Below, one piece after another: positions 1 to 9,406 of a stretch of DNA of 32,000 nucleotides. This DNA is from Thermoproteus tenax Kra 1. GTDB taxonomy: Archaea > Thermoproteota > Thermoprotei > Thermoproteales > Thermoproteaceae. The notes beneath the pieces were generated by a model, which saw only the letters and a list, made by a program, of their open reading frames with translations, searched no databases and was not told where the DNA came from. Positions within the stretch are counted from its first letter, which is position 1. The number at the start of each line of letters is the position of its first letter. Made by a program: the position numbers and the translations under genes. The DNA lies in contig NC_016070.1 in NCBI RefSeq assembly GCF_000253055.1, forward strand, positions 1,170,001 through 1,202,000, in the 5' to 3' direction.

Positions 1-511
1 CGCTCTTCACCAACTCCTTCGCAACTTCTAGAAGTCCCTCGGCGATGTCTCTGGCGTATCTATGCGGCAGGTGTAAAATTATAAGTTAAATAACTTCGGG
101 CCGGTTTCCGGCTTCTGGTTCGGGGCAGTTGAATTTGGCGCCGCGCGGCGGAGCCTTGGGGCACCGCCTAGGGCCTTGAGCTGTGCAGTTTGGCCGGCTT
201 AGGTCGCGCCGACCGTTGAGGTGTTTCGGATGCAGCGAAGTCCGTCGATCTCCGCCGGCTTTTCACGGGCCTTTGTCCCCACCGGCTTGTTCTACTATGT
301 GGGGCAGCTCCCGCGAGGCTATGGGTCCGATCTCCTGCGTAACCTCGTGGCCTGTAGCAGGCTCGCGTCTGCTGTCGCTAGGATTATGCGGCTTTAGTTG
401 TGGGTTGCCAAGACGGCGGTCGCCGTGTGGCGTCCGCAACCCCGCCCGAGGAGGGAGACGAGGGTGCGCCCGTTTGATTTTCATCGGCTCTGTAGGGGTG
501 GGATGAGGGGA

Positions 512-1489
512 TTATAGGGTTTTAGCCACCGCGTCCCTCAACGCCGGCCAGTGCCAGGCGTAGCGCTCGCCGATGCCGATAACGGGGTCCCTCGGCGGCT
601 TCCCGCCGGCGATTGTCTCCGTCAGCTCCAGCACCTTGTTGTACTTGTAGAGTAGCCTTTCTAGTCTCTCGGCCCCCGGCTGGTCGAGGACATCTGGGTC
701 CTCCGTCGCGCGTCTGAGCAGTTCGACAGCTCCGAGCTTGGCGGCTTCTCTCGCCATCTTGTCCACCCTCTCCCTCTTGACGATGGCCTTAATGTACCTC
801 TCCACGTCCCAGCCCAGCTCCATCAAGTCGCCCGCGCACCTCGGGTTTCCTCCGCACGTGCGCCACAGCGCCTCGAAGTCTATAGGCGGGCTCAACGCCT
901 CGTGGAGCTCCCTGAACTCCTCCCGCGCCAGGTTCCAGACCATGTACGGATCGGCGTAGCCCTTGGGGAGTATCCTCTCAACGGCGGTGTACTCAGAGGT
1001 TATGAGGACGACGTTGTATATCTTGTCCCTCAACCCCTCGTCCCTCATCGTCGGGTGCTCCATTAGGTCCATGAAGTATTTGACCCAGCCGACCGGGTCC
1101 TCTCTATACGCGCGGTGGAACTCGTCCACGATGAGGAGTATGTCCTTGGAGGTCTTCTCCGCAAAGTATAGGGCTATGTCCACCGCGGTTCTGGCCAGGA
1201 ACTCGCCTACTTCGCCGGCCACCGCCTTCGCGAATATCGAAAGCGCCTCCTTCAGCCACTGCACCGCGTTTGTGAAGAGGGCGTTCTTAGCCCTCTTCGC
1301 TCTCGCGTTTATGTAGAGGACCACTACGTCTCCGCCGAAGAGCTCCTCCGCCCTCTCGGCCACTCTCTGCGCCAGCGTCGTCTTGCCGCAGCCGAGGGGG
1401 CCGTAGAGGAGGAAGGGGTAGGTGTGTTGCATGCGCATGACGTCCCTAAACCACCCGAGCTCGCGGGAGCGGCCGACGAAGATGTGCAC
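512..1489 (-). CDS. Archaeal AAA+/STAND-like P-loop ATPase
   Basis: 325 aa ORF with Walker A-like GPLGCGKTTL and Walker B-like DILLIVDEF. GTG start preceded by a GGAGG ribosome-binding motif and an AT-rich tttaaa promoter-like box upstream. Confidence 0.85.
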   Translation of the reverse strand: MHIFVGRSRELGWFRDVMRMQHTYPFLLYGPLGCGKTTLAQRVAERAEELFGGDVVVLYINARAKRAKNALFTNAVQWLKEALSIFAKAVAGEVGEFLARTAVDIALYFAEKTSKDILLIVDEFHRAYREDPVGWVKYFMDLMEHPTMRDEGLRDKIYNVVLITSEYTAVERILPKGYADPYMVWNLAREEFRELHEALSPPIDFEALWRTCGGNPRCAGDLMELGWDVERYIKAIVKRERVDKMAREAAKLGAVELLRRATEDPDVLDQPGAERLERLLYKYNKVLELTETIAGGKPPRDPVIGIGERYAWHWPALRDAVAKTL

Positions 1490-1579
1490 GTCTCCTCCTG
1501 TAGCTTGTTTTAAATTTGTATAACGTTTTACTTATGCCAAGGATGGTGTGGGGTCTCGCGTTGTGGCGGTCTACGGCCC

Positions 1580-2050
1580 TTCCGACGGCTGTTGGACCTT
1601 TTTAGCCCGCTCCTGGCCTTCTGGGCGAGGTGCCTTATGTCTCTTTCGACGTCACGTATGTCTGTGTAGCGGCTTGCGACCCCCTCTGGGTCTAGCCCGC
1701 TGTATTGGAACTCGCGGTTATCGCCAGGTCTGTAAGATACACTATCTACACGCCGTATATGTCTGCCAAGATAGATGCGACTTCTCTCGTCCGGGTCGTC
1801 GGCATATATGCGATGATTATATCCGACTTTTGCCTGGGTTCTCCTGTTTTATCTTTCACAATTCCGCCGAATCCGTCGGCGATCGCATCTCTGTTTTGTG
1901 CCGCGGCGGCCGCCAGAAGCGCCTTCCAAGCCTACCACGCCTTGCCTGCGGCGTTTCTCGCAAGGCCCTGCTCCAGTTGATGGCGAGCTCCGCCTCTAAC
2001 ACGGCCTCCTCCGTCCTCAACTTTGTATATAGCGCCACGGATTCGGAGCT
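1580..2050 (-). pseudogene. Degenerate PaREP1-family-like gene
   Basis: Minus-strand fragments in different frames line up as one protein: MALYTKLRTEEAVLEAELAI / ELEQGLARNAAGKAW*AWKALLAAAAAQNRD / DIIIAYMPTTRTREVASILADIYGV*IVYLTDLAI / REFQYSGLDPEGVASRYTDIRDVERDIRHLAQKA. These match remembered PaREP1-type motifs (NAAGKAxQAWKALLAAL, IAYMPT, YLTDLA, EFQYNGxDPEG) but are broken by stops and frameshifts. Confidence 0.6.
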
Positions 2051-2482
2051 TTCTTAAAACGTCAGACACAATGAGACAGCCGGCGGTGATTATGTCTTGT
2101 TGTAGCCGTTTCGCAGACGGCGGCGCGTGGCTTGGCCGCGTTGGTTTTCAACGGTCTGTCGTGTGGAGAGACCTCTGCGGTTTATTAGGATAGCCGGCGG
2201 GCTTCACGTGGCTGCTGTTATGGCACATCCCTTTACCTGCCCGGGCAGATATTCTATTCCTCTGCGGCTGAAGCCCCCAGCCGTATATGCAGGATAGCCC
2301 GGCGGTTTTGAGGAGTAGGAAAGCCATTCCACATCGGCGATAATGCGTGCAAGATATGTTCTGAAGGCAGACTCCGCCATTGTGGACGGGTCTATTTATG
2401 CAGTTCGCGAGAAGCGCCCGGAGGGGCCCACGGCGCGGCGGAGGCTCGGAGGTGCTGCGTAGAGACGGCGCCTTCTACGCCG

Positions 2483-3016
2483 CTATCTTGCGCCCCCCGA
2501 GGTCGCCAACAGACCTCTCCTCCAAGCTACGAGGGCCGCCACGATCGTCTTGCCATCTCTTATCTCGCCTCTGTCGACCATCTCCAGGAGCTCCGCCGGT
2601 TTCACTTGAACCACCTCCATGTCCGCCTCCCCGGGGTCCCTGTCCCCGACGCCGACGTACTCCAGGGCGTCGGTGTAATATATCCTGATGAGCTCGTTGG
2701 AGACGCCGGGGGTCGGGTAGAGGTCGATTAGGTGCTCCAGCCTCAGCGGTCTGTAGCCAGTCTCCTCCACCATCTCCCTCACGGCTGCCTCCAGCGGGTT
2801 CTCCCCAGGCTCCAGAGTCCCCGCGGGCACCTCCAACGTCCACTGGCCCAGCGCCCCCCGAAACTGTTTGACCAACAGCACGCTGTCGCCGTTGACGGCC
2901 AACACGGCGACTGCCCCGGGATGCACGAGGTACTCGCCCCACACGACGCGGCCACCGATCTGCCTCGCCCTCCTCACAAGGGTGAACTTCCTCCCCCTGT
3001 AGATCACCTCCTCCAT
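2483..3016 (-). CDS. NUDIX hydrolase, ADP-ribose pyrophosphatase-like
   Basis: 177 aa with a Nudix box, GTLEPGENPLEAAVREMVEETGY (GX5EX7REUXEEXGU), and an upstream TATA-like sequence. Confidence 0.93.
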   Translation of the reverse strand: MEEVIYRGRKFTLVRRARQIGGRVVWGEYLVHPGAVAVLAVNGDSVLLVKQFRGALGQWTLEVPAGTLEPGENPLEAAVREMVEETGYRPLRLEHLIDLYPTPGVSNELIRIYYTDALEYVGVGDRDPGEADMEVVQVKPAELLEMVDRGEIRDGKTIVAALVAWRRGLLATSGGAR

Positions 3017-3222
3017 ACGCCACAGCTAGTGACGCTATAAAAGCTTTGATGGGCAAGGGCGATGCCTCCGGCTGTACGGAGGCTTGACGGCGATGGGCGC
3101 GCAGAGGATCCGCCCAGAGCACACAACGGGAGCCTTGAAAACGTGGCTCTGCGGCTGGCGTAGGGCGGCGGGGCGCTGGCACGCGGAGGGGGCCAAAGGC
3201 GGCAGGGCTTGTAGTCGTCAGT

Positions 3223-3627
3223 CTAGACTCTGCCGGTCTTAGCCGCCAACTCTATCAAGAGGCGCTGGATCTCCAGCAGAGTCTTCTGCACGTCGTCTAT
3301 ACGGGCGCTTAGGGCGTCTATCCTCTGGCTCACGGCCTCAATCCTCTTGGTCAGCTCGGTCGTAACGGAGTCTATGCGTTTGTTTGTGTCGTCGATCCTC
3401 TGGTTTGTGGCGTCGATCCTCCTGTTCAGGCTTTCGGCCAGCGCGTCCACCCTCTGCTCCAGCCGCGCGACCTCGCCCCTTATCCCTCCCAGCTCGTTCA
3501 CTATGGTGCCGAGGTACAATAGAAAGATGTCCTCCGTGGTGAGCTTCTTGCCCTCCTTAAGCTTCTCCACGACTCTGTCCACGGCCACTCTGAGGGCCTC
3601 CTGCGCGATAGGCGCGATGGAGTCCAT
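3223..3627 (-). CDS. Small coiled-coil heptad-repeat protein, function unknown
   Basis: The ORF track extends to 3810, but an internal ATG at 3625-3627 is preceded by GGGAGG and starts MDSIAPIAQEALRVAVDRVVEKLKEGKK. The C-terminal half is heptad repeats (RIDATNQ RIDDTNK RIDSVTT.. RIEAVSQ RIDALSA RIDDVQK). Confidence 0.75.
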   Translation of the reverse strand: MDSIAPIAQEALRVAVDRVVEKLKEGKKLTTEDIFLLYLGTIVNELGGIRGEVARLEQRVDALAESLNRRIDATNQRIDDTNKRIDSVTTELTKRIEAVSQRIDALSARIDDVQKTLLEIQRLLIELAAKTGRV

Positions 3628-4254
3628 GGTATACCTCCCACGGCCACATATAAACATAACGCCGAGGCGGCGGCTAGATGCGGAGGCCGCCTTAGGCCGC
3701 TGTAGGACCGGGCTGGCGCGGAAGCCGGAAGGGCCAAGCGCGAGGCCTAGGAGGGGGCGGGCGGTCGACGCGGGCGCCAGGGGACCGGCTTGGGAGCACG
3801 TATGCGGCACAGAGCCGACGACCTCGTCTGCGCGATCTGTAGGCGCCGGGCGACGCCCTTGACGCCGTCTTTACGGCAGCCGGACCGGAGCCGCTTCTCC
3901 GCCAAGAACAAGGCCGTCCTTAGGGCTTACGTCCTCTATAAAGCGAGGCTACGTAGACGCCGCCGCTGCAGTGCCCGGAGCCCCAACGCTGTCGGCCATA
4001 CTCACCACATCGCCCGAGCCGGCCGCGCCCCTACAGGCGCGTCTGCACGGCCACCACTCCTCACGCCACCGTCGACAGCTCGAAAACCCGCGCAGGCGTC
4101 TATGTGAGGCATTCCCAAAGAGCGCCAAACGCTATCCAGAGCCCACAAGCCCCCGGGCGCCTTTAAACCAGCCGACCGACAAAGCCTCAGACTCCGCCCC
4201 CCGCCAAACCCCCACTTAAAAACCTCGCCTCCATCTGCCTCAAAGCCCCTCCGA

Positions 4255-4500
4255 TCATTGGCTCCCGCTGAAGAAAAACGAAGCAACTTCGCCGTCACCT
4301 AGAGAAATGCCGGAGATGGGCTTGCCCCTCCCCAAGATGCTGTTTTGGACCACTCCTATAGGCGCATCTACAAGGCATCTCCGCAATTCACCAACCATTA
4401 GAGGTGGTGAATAGAGCGCTCCCCGCCAGCGGCCCTATGTAATCCACAACAGGCCTGATTGCGTTGGACGCGATCACCACAGTAGCCCCCTCCCCGCCCT
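4255..4500 (-). pseudogene. Remnant of an unidentified protein-coding gene
   Basis: Coding-like minus-strand fragments in two frames: GATVVIASNAIRPVVDYIGPLAGSALFTTSN, then after a frame change MVGELRRCLVDAPIGVVQNSILGRGKPISGISLGDGEVASFFFSGSQ* ending at 4255. Confidence 0.3.
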
Positions 4501-4527
4501 AAAGGGCTGGGCTTGTTGTCTGCTCTG

Positions 4528-5091
4528 TCATATGGGGTATTCGAAGTTGGTCTCGGCCTCCCTAAGCGGCGGGCACCTCCGGTCCTTCTCGCTGAGGATT
4601 GCGTCTCCTATGGGCCAGGGGATGCCCACCTCGGGGTCGTCCCACCTCACGCAGCGCTCGTGCTGCGGGCTGTACTCCTTAGTCATGAGGTACATGAAGA
4701 GGGTGTCGTCCTCCAGCGCCTGGAAGCCGTGGGCGAAGCCCGGCGGAATCCACAGAAGCCTCGGCTCGTCGGCAGACAGCTCCACCGCCACGTACCTCCC
4801 AAACCAAGGCGACCCCCTCCTAACGTCGACGGCCACGTCCAGAACCCGCCCCCTGAGGACGGCCACCAGCTTCCCCTGCTCAGCCGGCTTAAGCTGGTAG
4901 TGGAGCCCTCTCACCACCCCCCGCCGCGACATGCTCACGCTCACCTGCACAAAGTCGTAGGGCACTCCCCCCGCCAGGAAGTCGGTGCGCTTGTAAAGCT
5001 CGGCGAAGAACCCCCTGTGGTCGGGGAAGACCACAGGCTCTATGAGAATTACGTCCGGGATCTCTAGCCTCTTGAAGCTCCTAAACGGCAT
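4528..5091 (-). CDS. rfbC: dTDP-4-dehydrorhamnose 3,5-epimerase
   Basis: 187 aa with RmlC family motifs: FPDHRGFFAELYKRTDF, FVQVSVSMSRRGVVRGLHYQ, GRVLDVAVDVRRGSPWFG, LWIPPGFAHGFQALED. Lies in an rml operon. Confidence 0.95.
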   Translation of the reverse strand: MPFRSFKRLEIPDVILIEPVVFPDHRGFFAELYKRTDFLAGGVPYDFVQVSVSMSRRGVVRGLHYQLKPAEQGKLVAVLRGRVLDVAVDVRRGSPWFGRYVAVELSADEPRLLWIPPGFAHGFQALEDDTLFMYLMTKEYSPQHERCVRWDDPEVGIPWPIGDAILSEKDRRCPPLREAETNFEYPI

Positions 5092-5094
5092 ACT

Positions 5095-5928
5095 TCACGA
5101 AGTGCCTAAGGGCTCCCTCAGCGAAGGCAGGGACAGCCCCATAGACGCCGCCCTAGATGTGTCCAGGCTCGAGTCCCGAGGCCGCCTAGCCGCCAGCCGC
5201 GCCTCAGACAGCCTCGCCGGCTTCACAAGGCTTTTGTCCACCCCCAGAGCCTCCGCCAGAGCCACCGCGAACTCAAACCGGGTGGCGGGCTCCCCAGCGA
5301 TGTGGACAATCCCCTCCACATCCCGCTCCAGAAGATCCGCGAGGCGCTCCGCCAGAAACGGCACATACGTCGGCGAAAGCCTCTGATCCACGAAAGCCCT
5401 CACCTCCTCCCCCCACCTAAGCCTCAGAAGAGCCTCAACCCCAAAGTTCCTCTTCCCATGGGGGCTCACCCCAAAGAGCCCGCTCACCCTCACCACCACC
5501 CCACCCCTCGCCAGCACAGGCCCCTCCCCCAGCAGCTTAGACAAGCCGTAGTAGTTCACGGGGTTGGGGACGTCCTCCTCCCTATACATCCCCCTCTCCC
5601 CGTCGAACACGTAATCCGTCGAGATGTACACCACCCGCCTAGCCGCCCTAGCCACCGCCAACGTCGCCAGGAAGTTAGCCCTATACGCCCTCGCCCGATC
5701 CACCTCACACCCGTCCACGTCCGTGTAGGCGGCCGCGTGGACCACCACGTCGGCCCGACGCACCACCTCCGGAACCCCAGCCTCAAGGTCAGCCCTCACC
5801 CACTCCACCCCCTCCAGCCCCCCGCCTCTCTCCCGGTACACCCCATACACCCTATACCCCCTCTCCGCCAGCTCCCTCGCCACCCACCACCCCAGCAGCC
5901 CCCCAGCCCCCGTCACCACTACCTCCAT
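5095..5928 (-). CDS. rfbD: dTDP-4-dehydrorhamnose reductase
   Basis: 277 aa SDR protein: VTGAGGLLGWWVARELAERGY, VVHAAAYTDVDGCEVDRARAYRANFLATLAVARAA, YISTDYVFDGERGMYREEDVPNPVNYYGLSKLLGE. Confidence 0.93.
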   Translation of the reverse strand: MEVVVTGAGGLLGWWVARELAERGYRVYGVYRERGGGLEGVEWVRADLEAGVPEVVRRADVVVHAAAYTDVDGCEVDRARAYRANFLATLAVARAARRVVYISTDYVFDGERGMYREEDVPNPVNYYGLSKLLGEGPVLARGGVVVRVSGLFGVSPHGKRNFGVEALLRLRWGEEVRAFVDQRLSPTYVPFLAERLADLLERDVEGIVHIAGEPATRFEFAVALAEALGVDKSLVKPARLSEARLAARRPRDSSLDTSRAASMGLSLPSLREPLGTS

Positions 5929-6881
5929 GGCTCATCCGCAAGCACGTACTCGTCCAGCAGGGGGCGCCACCACCACTCGTTCTCCCTATACCACTCCACA
6001 GTCCTCCTAAGCCCCTCCTCCAGAGACACCTCAGGCCTCCACCCCAGCCCCCTCAACTTGTCACAACGCATGGCGTACCTCATATCCTCCCCCGGCCTCC
6101 CCCGCACGTACTTCACAGAACCACCCAGCGCAGAGGCGATCCTCTCCACCACCTCCCGCACAGACGCCGGCTGCCCCGCACAGACGTTGTAGATACCCCC
6201 GTCCACCCCCCGCTCGATGACCACCTCCAGCGCCCGCACGAAATCCCCCACATAAAGCCAATCCCTCACCTGCCGCCCGTCCCCATAGATCGTGGCGGGC
6301 CTACCCAACAGGAGGCGCACAATGGTGCGGGGGATGAGCTTCTCCGGATGCTGAAACGGCCCGTAGTTGTTACAAGGCCTAACAATCCTAAACCTAACCC
6401 CATACGTCCTCCCATACGCCTGCACCAGGAGGTCCCCAGCAGCCTTAGAGGCGGAGTAGGGGCTACTGGGCCTCATAGGCCAAGACTCGTCGGCCTCGCC
6501 GCCGCTTGCCAGGTCCCCATACACCTCGTCCGTAGAGATGTGGACATAGAGAAAGCCAAGCTTCCGCGCCGCCTCCAGAACCGAGTGCACCCCCCAGACG
6601 TTAGTCGTAAGAAAAGGCGCCGGGTCGTTAATAGACCGGTCCACGTGCGTCTCCGCCGCGAAGTTAACCACCACATCCGGCCTAAACCGCGACAGGACAT
6701 AGAAGAGAAGCTCGAAGTTCGCCACGTCCCCCCTCACAAACTCCACCTCCACCCCCCTGAGGTTCTCGAGGCGCCCCGCATACGTCAGCTTATCGTAGAC
6801 AAGCACCTCGCCGCGGCCCGCCATATGCCTCACGAAGTTACTCCCCATAAACCCAGCCCCCCCGATGACGGCCACCCTCAT
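5919..6881 (-). CDS. rfbB: dTDP-glucose 4,6-dehydratase
   Basis: 320 aa: GGAGFMGSNFVRHM, VNFAAETHVDRSI, HISTDEVYGDL, YSASKAAGDLLVQAYGRTYG, RPCNNYGPFQHPEKLIPRTI. Overlaps its neighbours by a few nt. Confidence 0.96.
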   Translation of the reverse strand: MRVAVIGGAGFMGSNFVRHMAGRGEVLVYDKLTYAGRLENLRGVEVEFVRGDVANFELLFYVLSRFRPDVVVNFAAETHVDRSINDPAPFLTTNVWGVHSVLEAARKLGFLYVHISTDEVYGDLASGGEADESWPMRPSSPYSASKAAGDLLVQAYGRTYGVRFRIVRPCNNYGPFQHPEKLIPRTIVRLLLGRPATIYGDGRQVRDWLYVGDFVRALEVVIERGVDGGIYNVCAGQPASVREVVERIASALGGSVKYVRGRPGEDMRYAMRCDKLRGLGWRPEVSLEEGLRRTVEWYRENEWWWRPLLDEYVLADEPWR

Positions 6882-7936
6882 AGCTCCACCCGGCTGAAGT
6901 CCGAGATTATAAGCCTTGCCTCCCCCCTAAGATCCCGCCGCGACCTTACGACGCTACGCCTACCCAACACGCTGTCCACAAGCCTAAGCCCGCCCACCTC
7001 CACCTCCGCCTCGTTGAGAAGAAGGGAGCGCGACGCGCCGCCCGAGGCCAGGCGCGCCCCCGACTCCAGCGACACGTAGTGCTCCACCACCGCCCCCCGC
7101 CCCACGTACGCCCCCGGCCCCACGTAGGCCGGGCCAAACACCCTCCCCTCAACCACGGCGCCCTTCTCCACGACGACGCGCCCAACCACCTCCCCCCGGA
7201 CCTCCCCCTCCACCCTTGCCTCGGCGTGGTCTAGGAGAAGGTACACCGCCTCCAGAAGGCCCTCCGGCGTCCCCACGTCCTTCCACCAGCCGTCAACGAA
7301 GTCAAACCCCACCCTCCTCCCTCGGTCGATAAACCACTGGATGAGGTCCGTCACCTCGTACTCCCCCCTCCACGACGGCTTAAGCGACGAGAAGGCCCTC
7401 GCCACGTCCTCAGGATCCCTAAACATATACACGCCGACTACCGCCAGATCCGAGACCGGCTCCCTAGGCTTCTCCACCAGCCTAACCACCCGGCCGTCCC
7501 TAAGGACGGCCACCCCAAACCGGCTCGGGTCGGGCACCCTCGCCAGGAGGATGTAGACGTCGAAATCCCCCTCCAAAAAGGCACGCACGTGGCGCTTGAT
7601 GCCGCCCGCCAAGATGTTATCCCCCAGATAAACCACGAAGGGCCCCTTTATTTCGGGCAACGCCAGGCTGATGGCGTGGGCGATGCCCAGCCGGCGCTCC
7701 TGCCAGAAGTAGCGCACCCGCACCCCCAGGCGAGAGCCATCCCCCAGATGCTCTTGAATCAGATGCCCCATATACCCCACAACCACCCCCACCTCCGAAA
7801 CCCCAGCCTCAGCCAGGTGGACGATGGGGTATTCGATCATCGCCCTACCCAGAAGCGGGATCAAGTGCTTCGGAGTAGAAAACGTAAACGGCCGGAGACG
7901 CGAGCCCTCGCCGCCGGCAAGAACAAGACCAAACAT
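6878..7936 (-). CDS. rfbA: Glucose-1-phosphate thymidylyltransferase, long archaeal type with C-terminal left-handed beta-helix domain
   Basis: 352 aa: LVLAGGEGSRLRPFTFSTPKHLIPLLGRAMIEYPI, YLGDNILAGGI, DGWWKDVGTPEGLLEA, plus hexapeptide-like repeats (VVEGRVFGPAYVGPGAYVGRGAVV). Confidence 0.93.
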   Translation of the reverse strand: MFGLVLAGGEGSRLRPFTFSTPKHLIPLLGRAMIEYPIVHLAEAGVSEVGVVVGYMGHLIQEHLGDGSRLGVRVRYFWQERRLGIAHAISLALPEIKGPFVVYLGDNILAGGIKRHVRAFLEGDFDVYILLARVPDPSRFGVAVLRDGRVVRLVEKPREPVSDLAVVGVYMFRDPEDVARAFSSLKPSWRGEYEVTDLIQWFIDRGRRVGFDFVDGWWKDVGTPEGLLEAVYLLLDHAEARVEGEVRGEVVGRVVVEKGAVVEGRVFGPAYVGPGAYVGRGAVVEHYVSLESGARLASGGASRSLLLNEAEVEVGGLRLVDSVLGRRSVVRSRRDLRGEARLIISDFSRVEL

Positions 7937-7956
7937 TGGCTAATAGAGGGAAGCTG

Positions 7957-7966
7957 TATTTAACTT
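7957..7966 (-). promoter_or_regulatory. Putative archaeal TATA box of the rml operon (probably leaderless transcript)
   Basis: AAGTTAAATA on the minus strand, centred about 25 nt upstream of the rfbA ATG (7934-7936). Confidence 0.5.
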
Positions 7967-8461
7967 GTTGTGGCATGTACCCCAGATAATTGCTTGGTAT
8001 ACATAGCCAGCGATTCTGCTATGAATATGTTGCATCTCATCTTTGCTAGGGTCTAATAGTTACGATAGATCTCGATAGATACTCTAGGTACTTCTCTCTA
8101 GCCCCCCCTTCGCGGCGCCCGGCCTCCTGGGGGACTGAAACACAGCCGGCACCAGAAAGTATGCCGTAATTAGCGCAAACCCTAGGCCTTCCATTGTATA
8201 GACTTCTCCGCCTTTGTCTTCCAGAACTTGTCTGAGAAGGCTCTGTTGCGTTGTCTGCTCTCCTTTCTCCCGTCGGCACCTTAATTCGCCTTACACTCGG
8301 CCTCCTCTAACACGATAGGACGTAAGTAAGAACCGAGTTTGTCATCGTCGATCTCTGGCTGTAGACCCCACCCAGCGTCCCCCTTGGCCTATAGCCGGCC
8401 GCCTTTTTCGCAGAAGATCGGTTTCTGAGAGTGTTGTCTACTACACTTTGCAGATAAGTAC

Positions 8462-9406
8462 CTAGGCCATCCACGTCAGCTCTTTCACTAGCTCTGCCGC
8501 CGCCCTTTTCGCCGTCTCGAGGCTGTTCAGCCTGGGCCTCCAGCCGGTGAGCTCCACTATCCTTCTGATGGAGAGGAGCATGTACTTCACGTCCCCCGGC
8601 CAGCCCCTCCCGTCTGAGGTCGCCGGCCTCAGCTTGATCTGTGGAGAGAGGCCCATGGCCTCCGCCGCGGCCCTCGCGAGGTCTAGGACGGAGGCCGCGT
8701 CGAAATTGCCCACGTTCAGCGCCAGGTACGGCTCCCCCGTCTCCTCGAACTTCCTCCAGGCCCTCAGCGTCGCCTCCACAGCCTCTTCGACGTGTAGGTA
8801 GCTCTTCCTCTGTGTGCCGTCCCCCAGAACCTCCAGCTCCTCCGGCCTCTTCCTCAGCTTCATGAGGAAGTCGTAAAGCGCCCCGTGTCTCATCCTCGGC
8901 CCCACCACGTTGGCGTACCTCAGCGCAAGGCACCTAACGCCGTAGAGCCTGGCATACGCGGCACACATCGTCTCGCCAGCCGCCTTAGCCGCGCCGTAGA
9001 CGCTTATCGGCTCCAGCGGGTGATCCTCCGGAGTCGGCATAACCCTAGCATCGCCGTAGACGGTTGAAGACGAGGCAAACACGACAGTCCTAACGCCGGA
9101 GGCGCGGGCCCACTCCAGCACGTTAAACGTAGCCACCATATTCTCCTCAAAATGGACGCGGGGCTCCGTAGTGGAGACCCTAACCTCGGGGTTCGCGGCG
9201 AAGTGGAAGACGACGTCCGCCCTCAGCCCCGCGCCCCAGCCGGGCTCCTTTAGATCCCGCCTTATGAACTCGGCGCGGGGGTTCACGTTCTCTTTCCTGC
9301 CTGTGGAGAGGTTGTCCACGACCACTACCTCGTACCCCTCCTCCACAAGCCGATCCACCAGGTGGCTGCCGATGAAGCCGGCTCCGCCTGTCACCAAAAC
9401 CCTCAC
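8462..9406 (-). CDS. NAD-dependent sugar epimerase/dehydratase (UDP-glucose 4-epimerase-like, extended SDR)
   Basis: 314 aa: VLVTGGAGFIGSHLVDRLVEEGYEVVVVDNLSTGR, VFASSSTVYGDARVMPTPEDHPLEPISVYGAAKAAGE. Confidence 0.93.
   Translation of the reverse strand: MRVLVTGGAGFIGSHLVDRLVEEGYEVVVVDNLSTGRKENVNPRAEFIRRDLKEPGWGAGLRADVVFHFAANPEVRVSTTEPRVHFEENMVATFNVLEWARASGVRTVVFASSSTVYGDARVMPTPEDHPLEPISVYGAAKAAGETMCAAYARLYGVRCLALRYANVVGPRMRHGALYDFLMKLRKRPEELEVLGDGTQRKSYLHVEEAVEATLRAWRKFEETGEPYLALNVGNFDAASVLDLARAAAEAMGLSPQIKLRPATSDGRGWPGDVKYMLLSIRRIVELTGWRPRLNSLETAKRAAAELVKELTWMA

Noticed and set aside
1-82. Partial minus-strand coding-like sequence LPHRYARDIAEGLLEVAKELVKS at the window edge
   Set aside because: Too short, and no start codon seen before the AT-rich region; cannot be assigned without flanking sequence.
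2475-3182. 235-aa minus-strand ORF over the Nudix gene
   Set aside because: It is a frame shadow of the well-supported Nudix hydrolase, with Arg/Gly-rich non-protein-like sequence.
4513-7079. Plus-strand ORFs 4513-5067, 5302-6192 and 6348-7079
   Set aside because: They are antisense to the high-confidence rfbC/rfbD/rfbB genes and have low-complexity His/Pro/Arg-rich translations, as expected from GC-rich codon-bias shadows.
8307-8933. Minus-strand ORF 8307-8933
   Set aside because: It overlaps the epimerase gene out of frame and gives a low-complexity Gly/Arg/Glu-rich translation. A shadow ORF.
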